Below are positions 1 through 9,880 of a stretch of 64,000 nt of DNA, piece after piece. The position numbers and the translations under genes are program-made. The DNA comes from Flavobacteriales bacterium. GTDB taxonomy: Bacteria; Bacteroidota; Bacteroidia; NS11-12g; UBA955. The notes below the pieces were generated by a model. It saw nothing but the letters and a program-made list of their open reading frames with translations. It did no database searches and was not told the origin of the DNA. The DNA lies in contig CANHTS010000001.1 in NCBI GenBank assembly GCA_947463435.1, positions 3,700 through 67,699 on the forward strand. The letters run 5' to 3'. Each line of letters begins with the position of its first letter. Positions within the stretch are counted from its first letter, which is position 1.

Positions 1-1963
1 CGCCGTACATGGGCATAAAGAGGAAAGCGTTGCGCTTTACCGGAAACAGCGAATTGTAAATCATCAGGCCGGGCATATAGCCGTCGTAACGGTTGAAGGC
101 CGTGAGCACCGGAGCGATATACATCCTCGACTTCAGGGGGTCGAAATCGCTGGCTACGAATTTGATCTGCAGCGGGTTCATGGTGCGCAGGATGCCTTTG
201 CTGCGGGAATAGTCGTTGCTCCTGCGCATTTCAGGTGCTGTGCCGTATGGGTCGAGCCGCACGCCGGAACCGCGGCCTTCCAGCGTGAATTCCTTCTTGC
301 CGCTGAAGCCGTCTGTCCATAAGGTACTGATGGCCTTGTCGCCGTCCATTAGCGCCAGCTGCAATGGTCCGTTCACGCCACTGCGGTTGCGCACCGTTAC
401 TTTGGTCTGTCCTTCGGGTGATTTGCGCGAAACACGCACCATTCCATAATCTACCGGACGGTTGGTTTCAATCAGGTCTTTGAAAAACCAGCCCAGGTCT
501 TTGCCCGAAATCTTTTCGAAAACATCGCGCATGTCGCCGGGCAGCGGATGCCGGAACGACCACGTGTTGAAATAGGCCTGGGTACAGGAGTCGAATATGC
601 GCCGGCCGAGGTACGATTCGAGATAGGATATCAGCTCGGGCGTATGGCCGTAGACCGATGTGCCGTAGCGCAGGCTGCCATATTTCTCGGAATGAAGTCC
701 GGGAGGAAGGTAAAGCCCGGTATTGTAAAGGCTCAGCAGGTAAGGTTCGCTTCCTTCGGTGAGGTTGAAGCCGCGGCCGGAGTTGGGGGTTTTGCGCGGA
801 CTGAAATACTTGATCGTTTGTTTTTCGAAGTAGCTGTTTACACCTTCGTCCATCCAAGGGTAATCGCGTTCCTGAGAACCAATCATGCCCTGGAACCAGT
901 TGTGCCCCACTTCGTGGATGATCACATCGCGGTTGAGCGACTGCACATTGGTGATCATCGGATATTCCATGCCGCCGCCGCTTTTCAGCGCCGTTTCTAC
1001 AACCGTGCAGTGTTCGTAGGGATAGTCGCCGTTGCGTTTGGAGTAATGCACCAGTGCCTGACGGATATAATCGAGGCTTTCTTTGGAAGGGCGTTTGCGC
1101 GCCAGCACCCAGCCTTCCACCTTGCGGCCGGAGAGCAGCTGCAGCGTTTCGCGGCGGGCTTTGAAATGGCGATCGCAGAACCAGGCAAAATCATGCACCT
1201 TGTCTTGCACAAAATGCCAGGTGAAATGCGTGCCTTCAGCCTTCCAGTCTTCACCTTCGGCAAGGGCTTCCATCCGTTTGCGGATGCCGCTGTCTTGCAG
1301 CACGCCGGTTGCTGCCACCACATAAGATGAAGGAGTGGTGATGTGCACATCGTAACGGCCGTATTCATAATAGAACTCACCCTGGTCGAGGTAGGGGAAG
1401 ATATTCCAGCCGTTTACATCGTATACGGCGGGTTTGGGAAACCATTGGGTGATCTGGTAACCAGACGAATCATGCCCGAATCGGGAAAATTGTTCCGGAA
1501 TACGGACATTGAAGTCGATATCGAGTTTCAGGCTGGATCCGGCGGGCAAGGCTTTGGGTAAGACGAGCTTAACGATATCCGCATGTTCCGGATGTGCTTC
1601 CCAGGCCAGATTCACGCCATCGAGCCGGAAGATCAGCTTCTCGTAGCCACCGCGCGCATCCTTCTTCGCATAAAATATTCCCGGCTGGAAGCCATTGATC
1701 TGCTGTTTGGCCAAAGCACTTTGGTTGTCGCGGTAGGCGTTGGCAAACACGTGGAACCAGATTTCGTTCAGCGCGTTCGGACTGTTGTTCACATATTCAA
1801 CCTGTTCGGATGCATAGAGCATCTGGGCGGTATCGTCGAGCCTTACAGAGATCGTGTGGTTCACCTGTTGCTGCCAGTTTGCCTGCCGGATGGCTTTAGA
1901 TCCGGATTGGGCGAAAAGGCCTGCAAAGGGAAGGAGCAGAAGGAAGCTGAGGGCGTTTTTCAT
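1..1963 (-). CDS. M1 family zinc aminopeptidase, secreted (3' end runs off the window start)
   Basis: Absent from the ORF track because it is open at the edge. Manual translation from ATG 1963 gives the signal peptide MKNALSFLLLLPFAGLFAQ, then NWQQQVNHTISVRLDD, and in-frame GGGMEYP, HEVGH and WMDEG motifs (~840-980). Confidence 0.92.
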   Translation of the reverse strand, partial: MKNALSFLLLLPFAGLFAQSGSKAIRQANWQQQVNHTISVRLDDTAQMLYASEQVEYVNNSPNALNEIWFHVFANAYRDNQSALAKQQINGFQPGIFYAKKDARGGYEKLIFRLDGVNLAWEAHPEHADIVKLVLPKALPAGSSLKLDIDFNVRIPEQFSRFGHDSSGYQITQWFPKPAVYDVNGWNIFPYLDQGEFYYEYGRYDVHITTPSSYVVAATGVLQDSGIRKRMEALAEGEDWKAEGTHFTWHFVQDKVHDFAWFCDRHFKARRETLQLLSGRKVEGWVLARKRPSKESLDYIRQALVHYSKRNGDYPYEHCTVVETALKSGGGMEYPMITNVQSLNRDVIIHEVGHNWFQGMIGSQERDYPWMDEGVNSYFEKQTIKYFSPRKTPNSGRGFNLTEGSEPYLLSLYNTGLYLPPGLHSEKYGSLRYGTSVYGHTPELISYLESYLGRRIFDSCTQAYFNTWSFRHPLPGDMRDVFEKISGKDLGWFFKDLIETNRPVDYGMVRVSRKSPEGQTKVTVRNRSGVNGPLQLALMDGDKAISTLWTDGFSGKKEFTLEGRGSGVRLDPYGTAPEMRRSNDYSRSKGILRTMNPLQIKFVASDFDPLKSRMYIAPVLTAFNRYDGYMPGLMIYNSLFPVKRNAFLFMPMYG

Positions 1964-2046
1964 CCGGCGTGCAATATAAAATGTGAATAACTGTTTCAGG
2001 AAGATAGAACAGCGATAAAAAGGGTGTTATAAATTCGAATCTACTG

Positions 2047-3510
2047 ATGATGGAGAACCTGCCACCCGATTTCGGCTTCGATCCCGAAGAAAGTCCGGGA
2101 ATGCACCCCATCGAATTTCTGGCAAAGGAGTTTGAGGCGGAAACGCGCGCCTACTACAGCCAGGAGGAGCTGGAAGAGTTGAGCGACTATTACCTGAATG
2201 GGATGGACTTAGATCCATCCATGGGAGAATGGTTGCTGAAAGTGTGCACGATTGGCCAGCGCGATTATCCTTATTGCAGCCAGTTTTTGCTCAGTGCAGC
2301 GCGGGTGCATTTCATCGAAAACGCGTTTTCACGGGCCCAGCGCCTGGTTACCAAGGCCGGCCTGCTCGACCGGACCGAACCGGAGCTATACCTCATGCAA
2401 GGGCTGCTCCACGCAAGTTGCAACGAAAATCCCGCAGCACGTGACAGTTTTCTCCGGGCCATTGAACTTGCCGAGAACCGGCAGGAAATGATCAGCCAGG
2501 TCTGCAACGATTTGATTCAGTTTGGGTTTCGCGAACAGGCCGTCCCCCTGCTGGAAGAAATATCCGAAACAGACTCGCTTGACCCTTGGGTGCTCGATTC
2601 GGTTGTGCATTACTACCTTGAAAAGGATTTACCGGCCAATGCAGCCGAACTTGTGCAACGGCATATCGACGCCGATCCCTACAACGGCGCTTACTGGAAC
2701 ACCATCGGGCAGATCTACCGCCATCTGGGTTTGAATGAAAAAGCGATCTGGGCCTTCGATTTCAGCCTGGCCATCGAAGAAAACGACCTGACAGCCATCC
2801 TCAACAAGTTCGAAACCCAGTACGACACTGGTGACTTTCACGGTGCGCGTCAAACCTATAACGCGGTCGACAAAGGCCTGGAACTTGGGCAACCCTACAA
2901 CAACATGTTTGCGTGGACCCTTTACGAAACAGGTTCGGTGAAGGAAGCGCGCAATATGTACCGCGAAACGGTGAACGAAGATCCGGAGGATGCCGAGGCC
3001 TGGTATGGCATGGCCCTTACCTATATGCGCGATGCCGAGGAGAATCCGGAGATTGCTCCGGCTGCCAACCTGCGTGCCGCATTGCTCTGCCTTCAGAAGG
3101 CTGTCTTGCTGCAGCCGGAGGAGAAACAATACCGGATGTTGCAAGCCGAAGCCCTCGGGTTGGACGGGCTGGTCATGGAAAGCAATGAGGTGTACGTCGA
3201 TCTCAGCAAGCGTTTTCCGCTCGATCCGGAAATCTGGACCGAATGGGCCTGGATGCTGCGAAACAACGGCAACGACGAAGCGGCTGCCATCGTTCTGTCG
3301 AAATCGCTCGAACACCTGTCCGGTAACCCGGAGCTACTCTATCTGTACGCAGCCGCCTGTTTCCGCAGCCATCAGCCCGCAGCCGGAATAGAAGCGCTCG
3401 AACAAGCGCTGCACGAAAACTTCGCAGAACACCCGGCCTTGTTTAATTTCGCCCCGGAACTGAAGCAGGTACACGCAGTCCAAATGCTGATTACCCGCTT
3501 TACTCCTTGA
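2047..3510 (+). CDS. Tetratricopeptide repeat protein
   Basis: 487-aa acidic helical ORF with repeated TPR-like units (AYWNTIGQIY..KAIWAFD, AEAWYGMA, EIWTEWA); overlaps comA by 4 nt. Confidence 0.85.
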   Translation: MMENLPPDFGFDPEESPGMHPIEFLAKEFEAETRAYYSQEELEELSDYYLNGMDLDPSMGEWLLKVCTIGQRDYPYCSQFLLSAARVHFIENAFSRAQRLVTKAGLLDRTEPELYLMQGLLHASCNENPAARDSFLRAIELAENRQEMISQVCNDLIQFGFREQAVPLLEEISETDSLDPWVLDSVVHYYLEKDLPANAAELVQRHIDADPYNGAYWNTIGQIYRHLGLNEKAIWAFDFSLAIEENDLTAILNKFETQYDTGDFHGARQTYNAVDKGLELGQPYNNMFAWTLYETGSVKEARNMYRETVNEDPEDAEAWYGMALTYMRDAEENPEIAPAANLRAALLCLQKAVLLQPEEKQYRMLQAEALGLDGLVMESNEVYVDLSKRFPLDPEIWTEWAWMLRNNGNDEAAAIVLSKSLEHLSGNPELLYLYAAACFRSHQPAAGIEALEQALHENFAEHPALFNFAPELKQVHAVQMLITRFTP

Positions 3511-4292
3511 TAGGCATGCACAACGATATCTTCAAACTTCAATCCCTGCCCGAACGCACTGAAAAGCCCCGGCAGAACGGTCTTACTATGGTGATGGACA
3601 AAGGTCTGACCCTCAAAGAGGCATCAGACTTTATCGAAAACCACGCCGACCATACCGATATTATTAAACTGGGCTTTGGTACTGCCGTAGTTACCCGGCA
3701 TATCGAAGAAAAGGTTAAACTCTATCAGGATGCCGGCATCCCGGTCTATTTCGGCGGTACCCTCTTTGAAGCCTACGTGGTGCGCAATCAGTTTGAAGAT
3801 TACCTCCGGGTACTCGATCATTTCCGTGTAGACCACGCCGAGGTAAGTGATGGTTCTATCGAGATGCCGCACGATGTAAAGTGCGACTATATCCGCCGCC
3901 TGGCTACCCGCGCCACCGTGCTCAGCGAAGTGGGTTCGAAAGATGCAGAGAAAATTATTCCGCCATACGAGTGGATCGAGCAGATGGAAACAGAGTTGCA
4001 GGCCGGCGCCTGGAAAGTGATAGCCGAAGCCCGCGAAAGCGGAACCGTAGGCATCTTCCGCGGTTCGGGTGAGGTGCGTTCAGGTCTGGTAGCTGAAATC
4101 ATCCGCAAGATTCCCCTGGAAAAAGTGATCTGGGAAGCCCCGCTCAAAGCGCAGCAGGTGTGGTTTATCAAGCTCTATGGTACCAATGTCAACCTGGGTA
4201 ACATTGCACCCAACGAAGTAATACCGCTCGAAACCCTGCGCATCGGCCTCCGCGGCGATAGCTTCCATTTCTTCCTGGACAGCCAGGCTTGA
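3507..4292 (+). CDS. comA: Phosphosulfolactate synthase (ComA family)
   Basis: Motifs RTEKPRQNGLTMVMDKGL, IKLGFGT, GGTLFE, EVSDGS, SEVGSK, EARESG, WEAP, NVNLGNI, LETLRIGLRGD. Confidence 0.93.
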   Translation: MIGMHNDIFKLQSLPERTEKPRQNGLTMVMDKGLTLKEASDFIENHADHTDIIKLGFGTAVVTRHIEEKVKLYQDAGIPVYFGGTLFEAYVVRNQFEDYLRVLDHFRVDHAEVSDGSIEMPHDVKCDYIRRLATRATVLSEVGSKDAEKIIPPYEWIEQMETELQAGAWKVIAEARESGTVGIFRGSGEVRSGLVAEIIRKIPLEKVIWEAPLKAQQVWFIKLYGTNVNLGNIAPNEVIPLETLRIGLRGDSFHFFLDSQA

Positions 4293-4310
4293 TGTATTAA
4301 GGTCGGTTGC

Positions 4311-4372
4311 TGTCCTTCGGGTCTTTTTAGTTCTTTGAACTTTGCAAAGGACTAAAAAGGACAAAAGGGACA
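4311..4372. repeat. Imperfect hairpin built of 9-nt units between convergent genes (possible bidirectional terminator or REP-like element)
   Basis: tgtccttcg-ggtcttttt-agttctttg faces caaaggact-aaaaaggac-aaaagggac-a as an approximate reverse complement. Confidence 0.55.
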
Positions 4373-4441
4373 TGGCCCTGGCAATTGTTTTATCCAGAAT
4401 ACACAACCCGGCATGCATTAGGCCGAATCATCTGTTTGCCT

Positions 4442-5551
4442 TCACTTGGAAATCCCAAACCGTATCGAAATCAGATTCGAGTACAAGCCGGTTCCAGCTT
4501 CGCCAAAGCCGCTGATGGCGTAATCGAGCGTGAACGACTGGATGCGCAGCCCTATGCCGGCTGCTGGTTGTGCCCGCCATACCTGGTTGCCCTTGGGGCC
4601 TGTTTCGCGCTGCAGGTTGTACACGCCCGTGCGCAGGTATAAAATGCGGTCTTCATCGCCGGCCTCGAGCTTGTAACCAAATTCGGCTCCGGCATGCGGG
4701 TCGAGGCTGAAGATGCCGGTCCGGACGATGGTATTCCGACGCCCGTCCCACGTGACATCGATATTCCCCTCGGCCGTGAGCAGCCATCGGTCGCGGTCTA
4801 TCGTCTTGGCCAGACCACCAATCACTCTTGGCAATCCGATTTCCAGGCTGTTGCGCGGAATGGTGTTGCCGGTGAGGGCCAGCACATCTTTCTGCGCATC
4901 GGTGAAGCGAAACTCCCATGCATTGTAACTCGAAGTAATATCGCGCGCCATCAGTCCCCAGGTGATGCCCGAGCGCGGATTGTCCATCCGCAACCCGGCA
5001 TCGAGGCTGAAACCCCAGGCCCGGGCAAACGGCCCCACACGGCGGTGTATCACCTTCATGCTGCTGCCGTAGCTGAAGGCGCTGCGCCGGTAGCGCTTGA
5101 GCTTCTTCTCGCGCGCATAGTTCACGAAGAAGCCGTAGTCGACCGCTGAAAAAGTGCTGATGCGGTCGTAGTTGATTTGTCCGTTTTGGATGAGATCGAG
5201 CGTATTGAGGATGCCATCCACCCCAAAACGCACTACGCCGAAACCGAAAGCATCGTCGTTGCTTCCCTTGGCGGCCAGGGCCAGGTAATCGTAATTGGCC
5301 AGTCCCTGATAGTAGGAAGCGTGCATGAACGCGGCCTGCACATCATCTTTCATGGCCGTAAGCCCGGCTGGGTTCCAATAGCCAGCATAGGCGTCGTTGC
5401 TCGTCGCTACCACGGCGCGGCCCATCGCAAAGGCGCGGGCTCCTGTGCCCATGTGCAGGAACTCATTCACATACTTGCGCGCCGCCTGCGCTCTCGCCGT
5501 TTCAGCAGAAACGAGGAGCAGAAGGAACACAAAGAAGCGAAGCAGTTTCAT
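4442..5551 (-). CDS. PorV/PorQ-family T9SS outer-membrane beta-barrel
   Basis: Signal peptide, then NEFLHMGTGARAFAMG...DAYAGYWNPAGL, the N-terminal signature of FadL/PorV-like barrels; alternating beta strands at the C-terminus. Confidence 0.8.
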   Translation of the reverse strand: MKLLRFFVFLLLLVSAETARAQAARKYVNEFLHMGTGARAFAMGRAVVATSNDAYAGYWNPAGLTAMKDDVQAAFMHASYYQGLANYDYLALAAKGSNDDAFGFGVVRFGVDGILNTLDLIQNGQINYDRISTFSAVDYGFFVNYAREKKLKRYRRSAFSYGSSMKVIHRRVGPFARAWGFSLDAGLRMDNPRSGITWGLMARDITSSYNAWEFRFTDAQKDVLALTGNTIPRNSLEIGLPRVIGGLAKTIDRDRWLLTAEGNIDVTWDGRRNTIVRTGIFSLDPHAGAEFGYKLEAGDEDRILYLRTGVYNLQRETGPKGNQVWRAQPAAGIGLRIQSFTLDYAISGFGEAGTGLYSNLISIRFGISK

Positions 5552-6199
5552 TCAGAGCAGCGATATTCGTTCTGTGACAAGGGCTTCGGCTTCGGGCAGA
5601 AGATTGCGGACAGCCTCCTGCTGGGCCACGGTCCATTCGGGCGTAACCTTTGCCTGCATGTAAATGCGCATCAGGCTGTAGGTCATCGCGCCGTCGTCGG
5701 GATAATGATAAAGATAAGCGACCGTGTTAAAACGCTCAAAGCGCTGCAGGAAAGTGCCGGCATCCAATTGCGCATCTTCCAGGAATCGGGTGGTGGCAGT
5801 GGGAGAGGTATTGCGCAGGCTGTGGTAAAAGGCGTCGAGTAAGGTGGGGGCTTGTTTCATCAGCACGCGGTCGAGCATCAGTTCCACCAGCAGATGGGCC
5901 GCCAGCCAGGTACGCGGAACCGTTTTGCCCAGTTCTTCACGGCGAAACAGCTCTTTCAAAGCCGCGTCAGCTTCCTTGAAATAGGCAGAACCATGGAAGT
6001 GGCGATCGCGTTCCAGGTGCATCAGGCAGCCTTCCCACAAAGCCTGAACCTCGCTGTCTCCCTGAGCCGGAGCCAGTTGTTCAACCCGCACCCTGCTGCC
6101 CGGTAGGAAATTCCGCAAGAAATCAGGCAATACCAGACCGGTATTGTAAGGGTGCTGCTCCAGGCGATGGTCGAAATAAAAGTGGGCGAAGAAATTCAG
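5552..6199 (-). CDS. Hypothetical protein, ACP-phosphodiesterase (AcpH)-like; probable CTG start
   Basis: (M)NFFAHFY..GLVLPD..HLERDRHFH..HLLVELMLD pattern. The family-like N-terminus begins at CTG 6199, 5 nt after a TACCTTTG box; the ORF-track start at 6301 is likely too long. Confidence 0.6.
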   Translation of the reverse strand: MNFFAHFYFDHRLEQHPYNTGLVLPDFLRNFLPGSRVRVEQLAPAQGDSEVQALWEGCLMHLERDRHFHGSAYFKEADAALKELFRREELGKTVPRTWLAAHLLVELMLDRVLMKQAPTLLDAFYHSLRNTSPTATTRFLEDAQLDAGTFLQRFERFNTVAYLYHYPDDGAMTYSLMRIYMQAKVTPEWTVAQQEAVRNLLPEAEALVTERISLL

Positions 6200-6204
6200 A
6201 AATG

Positions 6205-6212
6205 CAAAGGTA
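6205..6212 (-). promoter_or_regulatory. Bacteroidota -7 promoter element TACCTTTG
   Basis: Exact TAnnTTTG match directly upstream of the CTG start at 6199. Confidence 0.6.
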
Positions 6213-6566
6213 GAAAGAGAAAAGTGCCAAGTCGTATAAGAAACGTTTATCCCGGATCGTGCATTAAAAAATGCGTTATAAGGGTAAAAAGCCCACTGCA
6301 ACGGCTATCGGATAGGCTTATTTCTTTACGAGGCAATGCACTTAATTATGCGTGGAGGGAATACAGCGTACCACATATTCCACTGGTTTTTAGGCAGGAA
6401 TAGATTTTGTCACGCGTTGGGTTTACAAGCCCGTGTAGCATATCCTGGCGAATCTTTGACTTCCTTATTTGAGCGGAATCAATCGCAGGGCGCCTGGCGG
6501 CATTTTGCCGGGAACCCAAAACTTCGCCACACTTACAAGGACGTGAGGACAGACTATCTTCGCGGC

Positions 6567-7352
6567 GTGATCATCCACTTACACGGGAAAACCGCCTTGG
6601 TTTGCGGCAGCACCCAGGGTATCGGGAAAGCGGTAGCCCATCAATTGGCAGCTGCCGGGGCTTCGTGCATCCTGTTGGCCCGCAATGCCGAACGCCTGCA
6701 GGCCGTTTGCGATGCATTGCCGGCTGAATCTGGGCAGCAACACCGTTTCTACCTTGCCGATTTCGCGGATACTGCTTCTGTACAGGCTGCAGCTGCACAA
6801 ATTGCCGAAGATGGCGGAGCGGATATCCTCGTGAACAATACCGGTGGTCCGCCGGCCGGTCCCATTACCGCTGCCGGAACCGACGCCTTCCTCGATGCTT
6901 TCCGCCTCCACCTTCTCAACAACCACCAGCTTGCGCAGGCTTTGCTTCCGGGTATGAAAGCCCGCGGACAAGGACGCATCATCAATATCATCAGCACTTC
7001 GGTGAAAGTGCCCTTGCACAACCTCGGCGTGAGCAATACCATCCGCGCTGCTGTGGGCAACTGGAGCAAGACGCTGGCCAACGAAACGGCGGCATTCGGC
7101 ATCACAGTGAACAATGTGCTGCCTGGTGCCACCCGCACCGAAAGGCTCAGCAGTATCATCAGCGGCAAGGCTGCCCGCACCGGTGTGAGCGAAGAAACCG
7201 TGCGCGATGAAATGCTGGCCGAGATTCCTGCCGGGCGCTTTGGTACACCGGAGGAAGTAGCGCATGCCGTGGTCTTTCTTGCCTCTGAGCAGGCGGCATA
7301 TATCACCGGCACCAACATCGTGGTCGACGGCGGCCGCACGCCCAACCTGTAA
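6567..7352 (+). CDS. SDR family oxidoreductase (FabG/BKR-like)
   Basis: CGSTQGIGKA Rossmann motif, DILVNNTGGP, GITVNNVLPG, YITGTNIVVDGG. GTG 6567 follows a near-consensus TATCTTCG box. Confidence 0.9.
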   Translation: MIIHLHGKTALVCGSTQGIGKAVAHQLAAAGASCILLARNAERLQAVCDALPAESGQQHRFYLADFADTASVQAAAAQIAEDGGADILVNNTGGPPAGPITAAGTDAFLDAFRLHLLNNHQLAQALLPGMKARGQGRIINIISTSVKVPLHNLGVSNTIRAAVGNWSKTLANETAAFGITVNNVLPGATRTERLSSIISGKAARTGVSEETVRDEMLAEIPAGRFGTPEEVAHAVVFLASEQAAYITGTNIVVDGGRTPNL

Positions 7353-7382
7353 TACCTGCACTTGACCGATTCACCCGCATCC

Positions 7383-8969
7383 ATGTCAGGCCCCGACGCA
7401 AGCAGGCACAACCGCAAAGTTGCGGTGATCATCGGCGCCGGACCGGCCGGGCTTACCGCAGCGCGTGAATTGCTGGAACGCACCGATATCCTGCCGATAA
7501 TTCTCGAGGCAGATACAGCCATCGGCGGCATCTCGCGCACCGTCGAATACAAGGGCAACCGGATGGATATCGGCGGCCATCGCTTCTTCAGCAAGAGCGA
7601 GCGCGTTATGCAGTGGTGGCTGGAACGCATGCCCGTCGAAGGCGGCAAGAGTGGCGATATCGATATCCGCTACCACGGGCAGAGCACCCGTGTGCATCCC
7701 GGCAATGGCGATCCCGAGAAAGAAGACCTCGTGATGCTGGTAAGGCGGCGGGTGTCGCGCATCTATTTCCTGCGCCGATTCTTCCGTTATCCCGTGACCC
7801 TCAGCCTCGAAACCATGCGCAACCTGGGTTTGCCCCGCATGACGCGCATCCTCTTCAGCTACCTGCGCTATCGTTTCTTTCCCGTCAAGCCCGAAGTGAG
7901 CCTCGAAGACTTCTTCATCAACCGCTTCGGCAAAGAGCTGTACCTCACCTTTTTCAAGGATTATACCGAGAAAGTATGGGGTTTCAAGTGCCATGAGATT
8001 TCGAAAGACTGGGGTGCGCAGCGCGTCAAAGGCCTGAGCATTTCCAAAACCATCGCCCATGCCCTGAAGCAGCTGGCCGGAAGCAACAAGAAAGACCTGC
8101 GCCAGCGCGGAACAGAGACTTCCTTGATCGAACAATTTCTCTATCCGAAACTCGGTCCGGGGCAGATGTGGGAACATGTGGCTGCCGAAATCAGCGCCCG
8201 AGGCGGTGAACTGTATACGGGTATGGAAGTTTGCGGCGTGGGTTCGTCCAACGGCGGGCTGTCGCTCGATACTGTTTATGCCCGCAACGCAGCCGGCGTG
8301 GGACAGGCGTTCAAGGCCGATTATGTGTTTTCTACTATGCCGGTCAAAGACCTCGTGGCCGGTATGCGCTTCCCGGTGCCGGAAGCTGTGAAAACGATCG
8401 CGGAGGGTTTGCCTTATCGCGATTTCATCACCGTCGGGCTGCTCCTGAAAAAGCTCACGGTAGACGGCAAAGCGGGTACCATACCCGACAATTGGGTCTA
8501 TATCCAGGAACGCGATGTCAAGATCGGGCGACTGCAGGTCTTCAACAATTGGAGTCCATGGCTGGTGAAAGACCCAGAAACCGTTTGGCTTGGGCTGGAA
8601 TATTTCTGCATGGAAGGCGATGAACTCTGGTCGATGGACGATGCGGCACTGCGCCATTTTGCCGCCGCTGAACTCGAGCAAATCGGGCTGATTGAGCAGC
8701 GTGATGTGCTCGACGGAACCGTCATCCGCATGAAGAAAACTTATCCCGCCTATACCGGTGTGTACAGCGACTTCGATACCGTGCGCCAGTACCTCGACAG
8801 CATTGAAAACCTTTACCCGATCGGCCGCAACGGCATGCACAAGTACAACAACAGCGACCACAGCATGCTCACAGCCATGACGGCAGTAGATAATATCGCA
8901 GCCGGACGCCGCGACAAGGCCAACCTCTGGGCCATCAACACGGAGATGGAATACCACGAAAGCAAATGA
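7383..8969 (+). CDS. NAD(P)/FAD-dependent oxidoreductase (protoporphyrinogen oxidase / UDP-galactopyranose mutase superfamily)
   Basis: [43 protein letters not shown]. Confidence 0.85.
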   Translation: MSGPDASRHNRKVAVIIGAGPAGLTAARELLERTDILPIILEADTAIGGISRTVEYKGNRMDIGGHRFFSKSERVMQWWLERMPVEGGKSGDIDIRYHGQSTRVHPGNGDPEKEDLVMLVRRRVSRIYFLRRFFRYPVTLSLETMRNLGLPRMTRILFSYLRYRFFPVKPEVSLEDFFINRFGKELYLTFFKDYTEKVWGFKCHEISKDWGAQRVKGLSISKTIAHALKQLAGSNKKDLRQRGTETSLIEQFLYPKLGPGQMWEHVAAEISARGGELYTGMEVCGVGSSNGGLSLDTVYARNAAGVGQAFKADYVFSTMPVKDLVAGMRFPVPEAVKTIAEGLPYRDFITVGLLLKKLTVDGKAGTIPDNWVYIQERDVKIGRLQVFNNWSPWLVKDPETVWLGLEYFCMEGDELWSMDDAALRHFAAAELEQIGLIEQRDVLDGTVIRMKKTYPAYTGVYSDFDTVRQYLDSIENLYPIGRNGMHKYNNSDHSMLTAMTAVDNIAAGRRDKANLWAINTEMEYHESK

Positions 8970-9880
8970 ACCTCAAACCCTGGATCCGCGCTGCCCGCCT
9001 CCGCACGCTGCCATTGGCGGCCGCAGGGGTATTGCTGGGTAGTTTCCTGGCAGCTGATGACCTCCAGCCCCTGGTACTCGCTGCCGCACTCGCCACTGCC
9101 TTGCTGCTGCAGATACTCAGCAACTACGCCAACGATTACGGCGACTATATCAAAGGAACCGATAAGGCGGCAGGACGCGCAGACCGCATGCTCACCAGCG
9201 GCGAAATCAAACCCGCTGCCATGCGCAAGGCCCTAATCGCGCTGGCTTTGCTGGCCCTCTGCAGCGGCCTCTTCGCCTTGCGGCCCGTATACGATAACGC
9301 CTTTCAAACCTGGCTCATCCTCTTGCTCGTCGGCCTCCTCGCCATCTGGGCCGCCATTCAGTACACCGCCGGAAAACGCGCCTACGGTTATTATGGCATG
9401 GGCGACCTGGCTGTTGTACTCTTCTTCGGTCTTTTCGCTGTAAACGGCACCTATTACCTACATGCCGCCCGTTTCGATGTTTATGTCGGCATTGTATCGC
9501 TCGGCCTCGGTTTCCTGGCCGCCGGCGTGCTCAATGTCAACAATACCCGCGACCTGGTAAGCGATACCCTGAGCAACAAGCACACCATCGCCGTAAGGCT
9601 CGGATTCGCCGGCGCGAGGCGCTACCAGTCCATTTTGCTCGGTTTTGGCATGGTGGCCATGGTCTTGCCTTTGTATATCGCATACGGACGCAGTTTTATT
9701 CCCTCCGCGCTGCTGATTCTCATCCTCGGCCGCCTGCACCTGCGCCGCTTTACGCACATTGCCCAGGCTGCGCGCAACGATTACAACCGTGAACTCAAGC
9801 GCCTCAGCCTTTCCATCCTGGCCATGGTGCTGGGCATCGGCATCTGGATGTGGGTCCGCTTAACCTTTGCGGTTGCGTGA
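8966..9880 (+). CDS. menA: 1,4-dihydroxy-2-naphthoate polyprenyltransferase
   Basis: [39 protein letters not shown]; multi-pass membrane UbiA family. Confidence 0.92.
   Translation: MNLKPWIRAARLRTLPLAAAGVLLGSFLAADDLQPLVLAAALATALLLQILSNYANDYGDYIKGTDKAAGRADRMLTSGEIKPAAMRKALIALALLALCSGLFALRPVYDNAFQTWLILLLVGLLAIWAAIQYTAGKRAYGYYGMGDLAVVLFFGLFAVNGTYYLHAARFDVYVGIVSLGLGFLAAGVLNVNNTRDLVSDTLSNKHTIAVRLGFAGARRYQSILLGFGMVAMVLPLYIAYGRSFIPSALLILILGRLHLRRFTHIAQAARNDYNRELKRLSLSILAMVLGIGIWMWVRLTFAVA

Noticed and set aside
7386..8957. 523-aa antisense ORF (also 548..1330, 6579..7361, 41639..42691, 46943..48262, 52198..53274, 62482..63348)
   Set aside because: Shadow frames opposite well-supported genes in GC-rich DNA, with no recognisable motifs.
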